Shown piece after piece: positions 7,320 to 15,154 of a stretch of DNA of 29,046 nucleotides (its first letter is position 1; each line of letters begins with the position of its first letter). The DNA lies in IMG/VR virus record IMGVR_UViG_3300002307_000177, positions 1-29,046 of that record. One strand, given 5' to 3'. The stretch comes from a virus. Its lineage: Duplodnaviria > Caudoviricetes. Under the pieces are notes generated by a model. It was not told the DNA's origin and made no database searches. It saw only the letters and a list, made by a program, of their open reading frames with translations. The position numbers and the translations under genes are program-made.

Positions 7320-7529
7320 ATGTTAGGGCCATCGGTATGTGAAAACTGCCAGCTAATAGCAGATTATTTCCCTAACAAAGAGAATCCAAACAAGCAAGGT
7401 GAGTGGTTGTGTCCTAAATGCGGTTTTTGGTGCAACGACTACCTTGCTGGATATAGCAGTGAAGATCAAGAAATGATACTTCTAGCTACAACAATACACA
7501 AAGAGAATCAAGGCCATAATGTTTCCTGA
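7320..7529 (+). CDS. Small putative zinc-ribbon protein (69 aa)
   Basis: CENC...W.CPKC motif pair, GGGGA upstream. Confidence 0.65.
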   Translation: MLGPSVCENCQLIADYFPNKENPNKQGEWLCPKCGFWCNDYLAGYSSEDQEMILLATTIHKENQGHNVS

Positions 7530-7535
7530 TAAATA
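7528..7535 (+). promoter_or_regulatory. Late-promoter-like motif GATAAATA upstream of gp13
   Basis: GATAAATAACTATA, the same 14-mer as the minus-strand copy at 2854-2867, followed by a GAGGA SD. Confidence 0.7.
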
Positions 7536-7554
7536 ACTATAACGAGGAAACATT

Positions 7555-8340
7555 ATGGCCACGAATATATTAAGCACTCCAACCAATTATACATTACCTG
7601 AACTAAAACAGGCATTGTTTGAAAATCTACGCTTGCGTTTAGGCGGGGATATCATTGATCTAGAACTAGATCCAGATCATTACGAAGCAGCATATAACTA
7701 TGCGATAAAATTGTATCGCCAGCGAGCAGTCAATGCAACCCAAGAAACGTATACGTTGATGACTGTTATAAAAAACGTAGACACATATACTCTTCCTCAA
7801 GAATTTATCAATGTACGAGCAGTTTTTAGGCGCACCGTAGGTCTTGAAACAGGTCCAAGTTCATCTAGCTTTGATCCATTCAGTAGCGCCATTCTTAACA
7901 CTTATCTGTTAAATTACAACTACACCGGCGGTATGGCAACATATGATTTCTACGCAGGGTATGTTGAACTTGCTGCTAGAATGTTCGGTGGTTATTTGAC
8001 ATACATTTTTAATCCGGTTACCAAAGTATTAAGAGTTACTCGTGACTTCAAAGGAAGTGGTGAACGCATTCTTATTTGGGCTGATTTGCAAAGATCAGAA
8101 GAAGAGTTGTTGCAGGATCCATATGCAGGGGTATGGATCGGGGACTATACATTAGCCACATTAAGAGCTATCATCGGTGAAGCCCGTGAAAAATTCGGCT
8201 CAATTGCAGGCCCAGGAGGGGGCACATCATTGAACGGGCAGTCAATGAAAGCTGATGCAGCAAAAGAGCAAGAACGCCTCATGAATGAACTTAAGAACTA
8301 TGTTGATGGAAGTCAACCTTTAACATGGATCCAAGGTTAA
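7555..8340 (+). CDS. gp13: T4 gp13-like neck protein
   Basis: N-terminal LRLGGDIIDLELD..H and C-terminal W...Y.LA.....GEAREKF..I.GPGGG..LNG...K..A..E...L motifs of gp13-type neck proteins. Confidence 0.85.
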   Translation: MATNILSTPTNYTLPELKQALFENLRLRLGGDIIDLELDPDHYEAAYNYAIKLYRQRAVNATQETYTLMTVIKNVDTYTLPQEFINVRAVFRRTVGLETGPSSSSFDPFSSAILNTYLLNYNYTGGMATYDFYAGYVELAARMFGGYLTYIFNPVTKVLRVTRDFKGSGERILIWADLQRSEEELLQDPYAGVWIGDYTLATLRAIIGEAREKFGSIAGPGGGTSLNGQSMKADAAKEQERLMNELKNYVDGSQPLTWIQG

Positions 8341-8750
8341 TGCGAGCGCACGAATTCATAACTGAATCGGTTGATCCAACTGATCACGAAAATGGTTTAC
8401 AATTAGCCAGACGCCCGTTGCCCCATACCTTTATTATTCCCGAACTCACAAATCAAGATTTCTACAAGATTTATAGATTTGGACTTGCGGTTGCAGCAGT
8501 AAGAGGAGAGGGTGGACAAGATGACGGTGTCCAAAATAAAAAATATCAAGAACCGTTTGCAGCAGAAAGTGAATGGGGTGAACACGAGGTTGTATCTTCG
8601 TTTGACCCAAACATCGGTCAGGTTATTGACAAGGCGCTTAAGCTAGTTCATCTTAAAGGCAAGAAACCAGTAAGCACTCCAGCAAGTCAAGAACAAAGTG
8701 ACGTTGAATATGTTAGTCCGATTAAGCCGTTCGATGGATATCGCAAATGA
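8340..8750 (+). CDS. Hypothetical virion/internal head protein (136 aa, MRAHEFITES...)
   Basis: Start reassigned to ATG 8340 (TAATG overlap with the gp13 stop). The N-terminus resembles a T4 capsid-targeting sequence. Confidence 0.75.
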   Translation: MRAHEFITESVDPTDHENGLQLARRPLPHTFIIPELTNQDFYKIYRFGLAVAAVRGEGGQDDGVQNKKYQEPFAAESEWGEHEVVSSFDPNIGQVIDKALKLVHLKGKKPVSTPASQEQSDVEYVSPIKPFDGYRK

Positions 8751-8878
8751 GAGATGCAACAGAAGTTATTAAGGGACGCTGGCCAGAAGCCGAAAAGATA
8801 TTAATGAAACATCCTAAGATGTGGCCCGGATATGTCTACTCCGTAACAACGGGCAAGAAAAAGCAAAGAAAAACTTGA
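8747..8878 (+). CDS. 43-aa mini-ORF/remnant with a single VIKGRWPEAE repeat unit
   Basis: MRDATEVIKGRWPEAEKILMKHPKMWPGYVYSVTTGKKKQRKT*, with an ATGA overlap with the upstream stop. Confidence 0.5.
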   Translation: MRDATEVIKGRWPEAEKILMKHPKMWPGYVYSVTTGKKKQRKT

Positions 8879-8972
8879 CGCGCCTAAAAAAACTTGCTAT
8901 TATTGTAACAAGTCAGTAGATGCCATGAACTATTCTAGGTGGCACGGTGACAATTGTAAGCATAAAGGATAA
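8847..8972 (+). pseudogene. Start-less remnant of a homing endonuclease C-terminal zinc finger
   Basis: Frame reads ...PKKTCYYCNKSVDAMNYSRWHGDNCKHKG*. CxxC...N..RWHGDNCK is a typical C-terminal motif of phage HNH/GIY-YIG NUMOD3 endonucleases. There is an in-frame stop upstream at 8844-8846. Confidence 0.7.
8875..8903 (+). promoter_or_regulatory. Sigma70-type promoter upstream of dNMP kinase
   Basis: TTGACG 8875-8880, 17-nt spacer, TATTAT 8898-8903. Confidence 0.6.
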
Positions 8973-8976
8973 TGAC

Positions 8977-9609
8977 ATTTTAGTAGGCATCGCGGGATTA
9001 ATAGGATCAGGCAAAGACACAGCAGCAGATTATCTCTGCACTGTGCATGGCTTCAAACGAATAAGTTTTGCTAGTGCGCTTAAGGAGGCGGTTAGTGTAA
9101 TATTTGGGTGGGAATACGAACTTCTTGAAGGGTCAACTAAGACTAGCCGAGAATGGCGTGAACAAGTGGACGAGTGGTGGGCAACTCGTTTAGACATTCC
9201 ACATCTTACCCCTCGTTGGGTCTTGCAGCAATGGGGAACAGAACTTGCACGTAAAAGCTTCCATGACGATATTTGGATTGCTAGCGTAGAAAACAAATTA
9301 CGATCCAACAGTGATGATATTGTTATTACCGATTGCCGTTTCTCTAATGAATTACAAGCTATTAAGAATGCAGGCGGAATCACTGTAAGAACTCATCGTG
9401 GCGAGGAACCAGAATGGCTTAATATAGCCGGGTTGCTTAACATAACACAGAATAGCAATGTTCAGGAAGAATGTCGTGAGATGTTACACAAGCTAAACAT
9501 CCATGCTAGCGAATATAGTAGCGTTGGATTGGAATATGACTTTCACTTGAATAATGATGGCACGATTGACGATTTACACAAGCAGATCGAATCAATAATC
9601 AACGGTTAA
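8977..9609 (+). CDS. gp1: Deoxynucleoside monophosphate kinase (T4 gp1-like); start probably ATT 8977, alternative GTG 8947
   Basis: P-loop GLIGSGKDT, SFA..LK, TPRWVLQQWGTE, VITDCRFSNE and HASE motifs. Confidence 0.9.
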   Translation: MLVGIAGLIGSGKDTAADYLCTVHGFKRISFASALKEAVSVIFGWEYELLEGSTKTSREWREQVDEWWATRLDIPHLTPRWVLQQWGTELARKSFHDDIWIASVENKLRSNSDDIVITDCRFSNELQAIKNAGGITVRTHRGEEPEWLNIAGLLNITQNSNVQEECREMLHKLNIHASEYSSVGLEYDFHLNNDGTIDDLHKQIESIING

Positions 9610-10536
9610 GTCTCCCCTACGCCAGTTAACTTCTTTGCGCTTGACAACCTCAATGCAATTGAGGCATATAGTCTTCAAGTTGCTGAACAACACATTATTA
9701 AGATTACCGTCAACATGAAACACTGTCAGTTGGCTAGGATATAAACTTTTAAAACCACATAGGTCGCAATGTGGTTTTTTTCGATATCCAGCCTTCTCCC
9801 AAAGATAAATTGGGGTTTTATTTTTAGGTTTATTCTTGCCACAGTTATCACATATACTGCGGTAGTAGGTTTTTCCTTTTCTAACATAGTTAATGGAACA
9901 TCTATTTTTGTTGCACACACTGCAAATAGGTCTATTACTTTGATCAAGTGGCTCAATAGGAGTTCCTTCTTGTATGCGTTTATTCAGGCGCCGCGCCCTT
10001 TCTTGGGCTGCATTAATCTTTCTCTTTTCTCGTAGAATACCCCGATGTTCCCGGGTTATCCTTTTCTGTTCTGCTATTCTTTCTTTTTCAGCGCGTTTTT
10101 CATTCCTAGCTTCTATTCTTTGTTTGCGCTTATTCTCGTTTTTTAATGATGTTGCAAGTTTTCTAGCTTCATTAGCTTTTTTTATTTTTTCAATAGACTC
10201 TTTGCTTCTTTTCTTTCCCTGAGGCCAGCCTATACCGCGATGGCCACCGGGAGCAATATTCCATCCTAATGCCTTTGTAGGTCTAAGTTCTGCCTCTTTC
10301 AAATAGCATTCGTATTCTTCTCCGATGAATATTATTTCTTTTATTAAGCTGTCCCAGCCGTATAAATTAATTGCATTGGTTAAGTGTGGGTTTTTGTGGA
10401 TACCTTCTACAACCATATTGTAATGATTCAGCATCCGCTTTTCAGCGTTTATTGAAACCCCTATATATCCTTCTTTGCTGGGGTCAGTATGCTCTTGTTT
10501 GTGAATCCAGTATACCGATGCATTAGTTTTTTTCAT
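9592..10536 (-). CDS. GIY-YIG endonuclease fused to a Cys-rich zinc-binding HNH-like domain (314 aa)
   Basis: N-terminal VYWI...GYIGVS...R...H...E...GWN (GIY-YIG), a basic helical linker, then CSVC, CDNC, CDLC and FHVDGNLNN...NLKTICLNC (HNH-like). Overlaps the kinase 3' end convergently by 18 bp. Confidence 0.8.
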   Translation of the reverse strand: MKKTNASVYWIHKQEHTDPSKEGYIGVSINAEKRMLNHYNMVVEGIHKNPHLTNAINLYGWDSLIKEIIFIGEEYECYLKEAELRPTKALGWNIAPGGHRGIGWPQGKKRSKESIEKIKKANEARKLATSLKNENKRKQRIEARNEKRAEKERIAEQKRITREHRGILREKRKINAAQERARRLNKRIQEGTPIEPLDQSNRPICSVCNKNRCSINYVRKGKTYYRSICDNCGKNKPKNKTPIYLWEKAGYRKKPHCDLCGFKSLYPSQLTVFHVDGNLNNVLFSNLKTICLNCIEVVKRKEVNWRRGDLTVDY

Positions 10537-10562
10537 TTGTAAACTTTCTTTAAAGGTATGAT

Positions 10563-10614
10563 TATTTAGTAATATTCAACAAAACACCGCATTTTTTTTG
10601 ATGACGCATAAATA
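10563..10614. promoter_or_regulatory. Back-to-back late-promoter-like motifs: ACTAAATA on minus (10563-10570) and CATAAATA on plus (10607-10614)
   Basis: Both lie in the divergent intergenic gap, each pointing to its adjacent gene. Confidence 0.55.
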
Positions 10615-10682
10615 TTCATAGAGGCTATGTAATTTATAGTCAACAGGTGGTAAACCTCATAATCATACAAAAGGAAAATAAA

Positions 10683-13600
10683 ATGGCAACACTCGTTTCA
10701 CCAGGTGTATCAGTTACAGTAGTTGATCAAAGTCAATACTTGCCCGCACCTACTAATTCAGTTCCTCTTATTGTGCTGGCAACTGCGCAAAATAAGGCTG
10801 ATCCTACATCAACTGCTGTGGCATCAGGTACAACTGCTGCTAACGCAGGCAAGCTATACGAAGTAACAAGTCAGCGTGATTTGGTTACTCTTTATGGTAA
10901 TCCCTTCTTTTATACTACTTCAAATGGTACTCCTATTCAAGGTTACGAACTCAACGAATATGGTCTTCTTGCTGCTTATTCTGCACTCGGCGTCACTAAT
11001 CGCGTTTACACGTTGAGAGCAGATATTGATCTTGCAAGTTTGGTAGGTCAAACAGGCCGTCCAACTGGCAGACCAGCAAACGGTACATATTGGTTAGATA
11101 CTACTACATCAACTTGGGGACTCTATGAATTTAACCAGACCACTGGAAAATTTGTTCTTCAAAGTCCTATTGTTATCACTGATAGTGCATTTGTAAGCGC
11201 AGGATATCCAGTTAATAGTCTAGGTAACATCGGTGATTATGCAGTAATTGCCACTCCAACTTATGCTTATCCAACTGCAACTAATGCAGGTATGTTCTTT
11301 AAGAAGGATAGTACCAATAATTGGAGACGTTTAGGTGGCTCAAACTGGATGAAGTCACAGCCAACTGTTCAGGGTTCAAACAGTAACCCATCATTAACCG
11401 CTGGTAATACTTTTACTATTACAGTTGACAGCGGTATAAGTCATACTATCACTGTTCAAAATAGCCCTAACAATGTTGTCTCATTGATTGCTAACCAAAT
11501 TAACAGTTTGGGTTATGGTTATCTTTCCGCCGGTGTAGTAAGTGGTAAATTGGTAATTTACTCAGCACAGACCGGGCAAAGTCAGAATCCAACTCCTACT
11601 GCTCCTCCCAAGATTGTAATTGGAGCAGGTTCAGGCACTGTTCTAAGTGATTTAGGAATCACTGCTGGCACATATTATCAGCCGCAATTTGTTTACGGCA
11701 CATCTGCAAATCAACCATTATGGCAATCAGGTCAGACTTACCCAGCTCCAACGGGTTCAGTATGGGTCAAGATCGGAGAAGCAGGAAATGGTCTTACTTC
11801 ATCTATTAAAGAATGGAACGATGCTACTGCAAATTGGGAATCAAAAACTGTATCCTATGCAACATCTGATGCCGCTGCTATTGCAGCAATAGATGCAACA
11901 GGCGGCGCCGCAATCCCTGCAGGAACAGTTTATACTCAGTATGCTTTTGGTGGAACATCAAATAACATCGCGCCATTGTATTATTGGGAAAGAATCGCTT
12001 CTGGAGCGACCATCGTAACTGCATCAAGTACTCCTAGTTTCATTAACGGTCCATACACAGCAAATGTAACTGTTTCTATTCCGGGATCAAGCTCATACAG
12101 TTCATCTTATCCGCTAACATTAGGAACAAACATTACTGCTGGCAATTTTGTTGTTGGTACACGATATACTATTACTAGTGTAGGAAATACTAATTTTACT
12201 TTAATTGGTGCTGCTTCAAACACAGTTGGTGTAACATTTACTGCAACAGGAGTTGGAAGTGGAACTGGTACTGCATTCCCGACCGGAAGTGTAACTGCTA
12301 CTAGCTTTGTAACAGCATGGTCAGCAGCAGGAATTCCATTTACAACAGCACAAGTTCTTGATACTGGTGAAATTCAGCTAATTCACACTCAAGGTGGTGT
12401 AATTGTAGTTGATGATATCAATACTATCACTGGATACAGTTGCGGATTGATGGCAGACGCCGGATTTGTAATTGGATCAACGTTGGGTGTTAAAGAAGGA
12501 CAGCCACCTGTTCTTAACTTTACTCCGCTGCAAGCATCAACTAGTGGCGGTGGATCCGGACTTAGTGTATATGTAACTACTAATGGCAGATATTATAATG
12601 TTACTACTACTACTTTCCCAGTTGCAGGAACTGGTTATGTAGTGGGTGACACGGTAACATTTAGTGGTGCAACTTTAGGAGGCACTAGTCCTGCTAACGA
12701 CCTTGTAGTAAAAGTTGCAGCAACAAATCTTTCAACTGCTGTTACTGCAATTGAAGTTGTTTCAGGCACTGCAGGAGCTTCTTATCCTACACAATTGTCA
12801 AATTGGGTAGAATTCAACATGACTGCAAACGCAGGTGCACCAGTTGACATGCCAAGTGATGGAACTGATTGGTTCTATAGTGTAGTTGATCAAGTAGACA
12901 TCATGGTTCGTGGTCAAAGTGGTTGGTTAGGATATAAGCAAACCAACTACGATCAAAACGGTATGCCAATTAGTGGTGTAAATGCTACTGATCCTAATGG
13001 ACCTATTGTAAGTGCTTCAATGCCAACTACTCAAAGTGATGGTTCTGCACTAGTATATGGTGATATTTGGATTGACACCAGTGATCTTGAAAATTACCCA
13101 TTGATCAGCCGCTGGCAGGAAGTTAACAATAAGGATATGTGGGTTTTAGTTGATAATACTGATTCAGTAAATCCAAATGGTATCGTGTTTGCTGATGCAC
13201 GCTGGTCTACAAATCAGAGTACTATCAATGCATATAATGATCCGTTGTCAACTATCAAGAGTTTGTTGTCAAGCAATAATACTGACCTAGATGCTCCTGA
13301 TTATACATTGTATCCAGTCGGAATGTTGCTATTCAACACTCGTCGTAGCGGCTATAACGTGAAGCAATGGCAGGGAGATTACTTCAATAGTATTCGCTTC
13401 CCGGATATGTCAATTCCAACTAACACTGGAACATGGGTAAGTGTATCAGGACTAGAAGCAAATGGTGCACCGTATATGGGTCGTAAGGCTCAGCGCAATA
13501 TGGTAGTCAAAGCAATGCGAGCAGCCATTGATACTAACAGTGCAATTCGTGATGAAGACAACGCATTCAATTTGATTGCAACTCCTAACTATCCTGAGCT

Positions 13601-14426
13601 ACAGCCTAACATGGTTGTACTCAATAACGATAGAGGAAACACTGGATTCATCGTAGGTGACACTCCAATGAGACTTCCTGCTACTGCTACAGCAGTTCAA
13701 GCTTGGGCAACTAATGCAGCAGGCGCCGCAACTACTGGAGACGAGGGATGTGTAACTCGTGACACATACTTGGGTCTATTCTATCCATCAGGTCTCACTA
13801 GCGACTTGAACGGTAATCTCGTAGCAGTTCCACCAAGCCACATGATGATTCGTACTATCTTGCGCAATGATACTGTAGCTTATCCTTGGTTCGCACCGGC
13901 TGGAACTCGTAGAGGGCTCATTGACAATGCAACTAATATTGGTTACATTGATGCAATGACCGGCGAATTCATTACTATAAAGACTAGTCAGGGCCTTCGT
14001 GATGTCCTATACATCAACGAAATCAACCCTCTAGTATTCTTTACTGGAAATGGATTGTTGAACTATGGTAATAAGACAAGTTATGCAAGTCAGTCTGCAC
14101 TTGACAGAATTAATGTTGCACGACTCATTGCATATATTCGTCGTCAGTTAACATTGGCCGCTCGTCCGTTTGTATTTGAACCAAATGACAAGATTACTCG
14201 TGAACAAATCACAGCAGTAATTCAGTCATTGTTTGTTGATCTTGTTGCTAAGCGCGGCGTATATGACTTCCTAGTTGTATGCGACGAATCAAACAACACT
14301 CCAGCTCGTATTGATAGAAACGAACTTTGGGTAGACGTTGCGATTGAACCTGTCAAGGCAATTGAATTCATCTATATCCCTGTTCGCGTATTGAACACCG
14401 GAGCTATTGGTAACAATAACGGATAA
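10683..14426 (+). CDS. gp18: Contractile tail sheath protein (gp18-like, 1247 aa)
   Basis: Start ATG 10683 with AAGGA SD. N-terminal LVSPGVSVTVVD. C-terminal PWFAPAGTRRG, INP, G.KT...SALDRINVARL, FVFEPND and CDESNNTP...IEPVKAIEFIYI. Confidence 0.95.
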   Translation: MATLVSPGVSVTVVDQSQYLPAPTNSVPLIVLATAQNKADPTSTAVASGTTAANAGKLYEVTSQRDLVTLYGNPFFYTTSNGTPIQGYELNEYGLLAAYSALGVTNRVYTLRADIDLASLVGQTGRPTGRPANGTYWLDTTTSTWGLYEFNQTTGKFVLQSPIVITDSAFVSAGYPVNSLGNIGDYAVIATPTYAYPTATNAGMFFKKDSTNNWRRLGGSNWMKSQPTVQGSNSNPSLTAGNTFTITVDSGISHTITVQNSPNNVVSLIANQINSLGYGYLSAGVVSGKLVIYSAQTGQSQNPTPTAPPKIVIGAGSGTVLSDLGITAGTYYQPQFVYGTSANQPLWQSGQTYPAPTGSVWVKIGEAGNGLTSSIKEWNDATANWESKTVSYATSDAAAIAAIDATGGAAIPAGTVYTQYAFGGTSNNIAPLYYWERIASGATIVTASSTPSFINGPYTANVTVSIPGSSSYSSSYPLTLGTNITAGNFVVGTRYTITSVGNTNFTLIGAASNTVGVTFTATGVGSGTGTAFPTGSVTATSFVTAWSAAGIPFTTAQVLDTGEIQLIHTQGGVIVVDDINTITGYSCGLMADAGFVIGSTLGVKEGQPPVLNFTPLQASTSGGGSGLSVYVTTNGRYYNVTTTTFPVAGTGYVVGDTVTFSGATLGGTSPANDLVVKVAATNLSTAVTAIEVVSGTAGASYPTQLSNWVEFNMTANAGAPVDMPSDGTDWFYSVVDQVDIMVRGQSGWLGYKQTNYDQNGMPISGVNATDPNGPIVSASMPTTQSDGSALVYGDIWIDTSDLENYPLISRWQEVNNKDMWVLVDNTDSVNPNGIVFADARWSTNQSTINAYNDPLSTIKSLLSSNNTDLDAPDYTLYPVGMLLFNTRRSGYNVKQWQGDYFNSIRFPDMSIPTNTGTWVSVSGLEANGAPYMGRKAQRNMVVKAMRAAIDTNSAIRDEDNAFNLIATPNYPELQPNMVVLNNDRGNTGFIVGDTPMRLPATATAVQAWATNAAGAATTGDEGCVTRDTYLGLFYPSGLTSDLNGNLVAVPPSHMMIRTILRNDTVAYPWFAPAGTRRGLIDNATNIGYIDAMTGEFITIKTSQGLRDVLYINEINPLVFFTGNGLLNYGNKTSYASQSALDRINVARLIAYIRRQLTLAARPFVFEPNDKITREQITAVIQSLFVDLVAKRGVYDFLVVCDESNNTPARIDRNELWVDVAIEPVKAIEFIYIPVRVLNTGAIGNNNG

Positions 14427-14433
14427 TAAAATG

Positions 14434-14461
14434 TCTAAACAGCCCTTCGGGGCTGTTTAGA
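14434..14461 (+). terminator. Stem-loop after the sheath gene (terminator or processing site)
   Basis: TCTAAACAGCCC-TTCG-GGGCTGTTTAGA, a perfect 12-bp stem with a cUUCGg tetraloop. Confidence 0.8.
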
Positions 14462-14467
14462 AATAAA

Positions 14468-14475
14468 GATAAATA
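14468..14475 (+). promoter_or_regulatory. Late-promoter-like GATAAATA upstream of the tail tube gene
   Basis: Motif lies just after the hairpin, followed by an AGGAG SD and ATG 14497. Confidence 0.7.
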
Positions 14476-14496
14476 AGTATAACAGGAGAATATAAA

Positions 14497-15144
14497 ATGG
14501 CAACAGCCTCACAATCATTGTTCAACATGACGGTACCAACTGATAACGCCGGTGGTAATCAGGGCTTGTTGATGCCTAAACTACAGTTCAGATACCGACT
14601 AAACTTCTTGAACTTTGGTTTGGGGTCAACTGCAGGTCTTGCGCTAACTAAGCAAGTAATTGATTGCTCTCGTCCTAACGTACAGTTCCAAGAAATCACT
14701 CTTCCGGTTTACAACTCAACTCTCTATCTTGCTGGTAAGCATCAGTGGCAGACGTTGACTTGTAACGCCCGTGACGATGCTTCAGGTTCTGTATCTAAGG
14801 CAGTTGGTCAGCAAATTCAGAAGCAACTTGACTTTGTAGAACAAGCAAGTGCTGCTACCGGTCAGGATTACAAGTTTCAGCTTAACATGGAAATTCTTGA
14901 TGGTGGTAACGGTACTGCTGCTCCACAAGTTCTTGAAACTTGGGAAATCTACGGTGCATTCATCCAGACTGCAAACTACAACACACTAAACTATGGTACT
15001 AATGACGTAGTAACAATTTCGTTGTCTATCAGATTTGACAACGCAATTCAAGCTCCTCTTGGTTCTGGTGTTGGTGCTGGTATCAATCGTATTGCAAATG
15101 GTTCAACTGGTTCTGTAACAGGTATCGGTGCGACTACTTCATAA
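14497..15144 (+). CDS. gp19: Tail tube protein (gp19-like)
   Basis: Follows the sheath. LMPKLQFRYR, RPN..F, Y.AGK..W, DYKF, W...G.F and I...I.FD pattern. Confidence 0.88.
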   Translation: MATASQSLFNMTVPTDNAGGNQGLLMPKLQFRYRLNFLNFGLGSTAGLALTKQVIDCSRPNVQFQEITLPVYNSTLYLAGKHQWQTLTCNARDDASGSVSKAVGQQIQKQLDFVEQASAATGQDYKFQLNMEILDGGNGTAAPQVLETWEIYGAFIQTANYNTLNYGTNDVVTISLSIRFDNAIQAPLGSGVGAGINRIANGSTGSVTGIGATTS

Positions 15145-15154
15145 TAGAGATTAA

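Noticed and set aside
10621-10658. Possible structured leader of the sheath mRNA (GGCTAT/ATAGTC; GAGG/CCTC)
   Set aside because: Stems are short and overlapping and could arise by chance. Needs covariation evidence.
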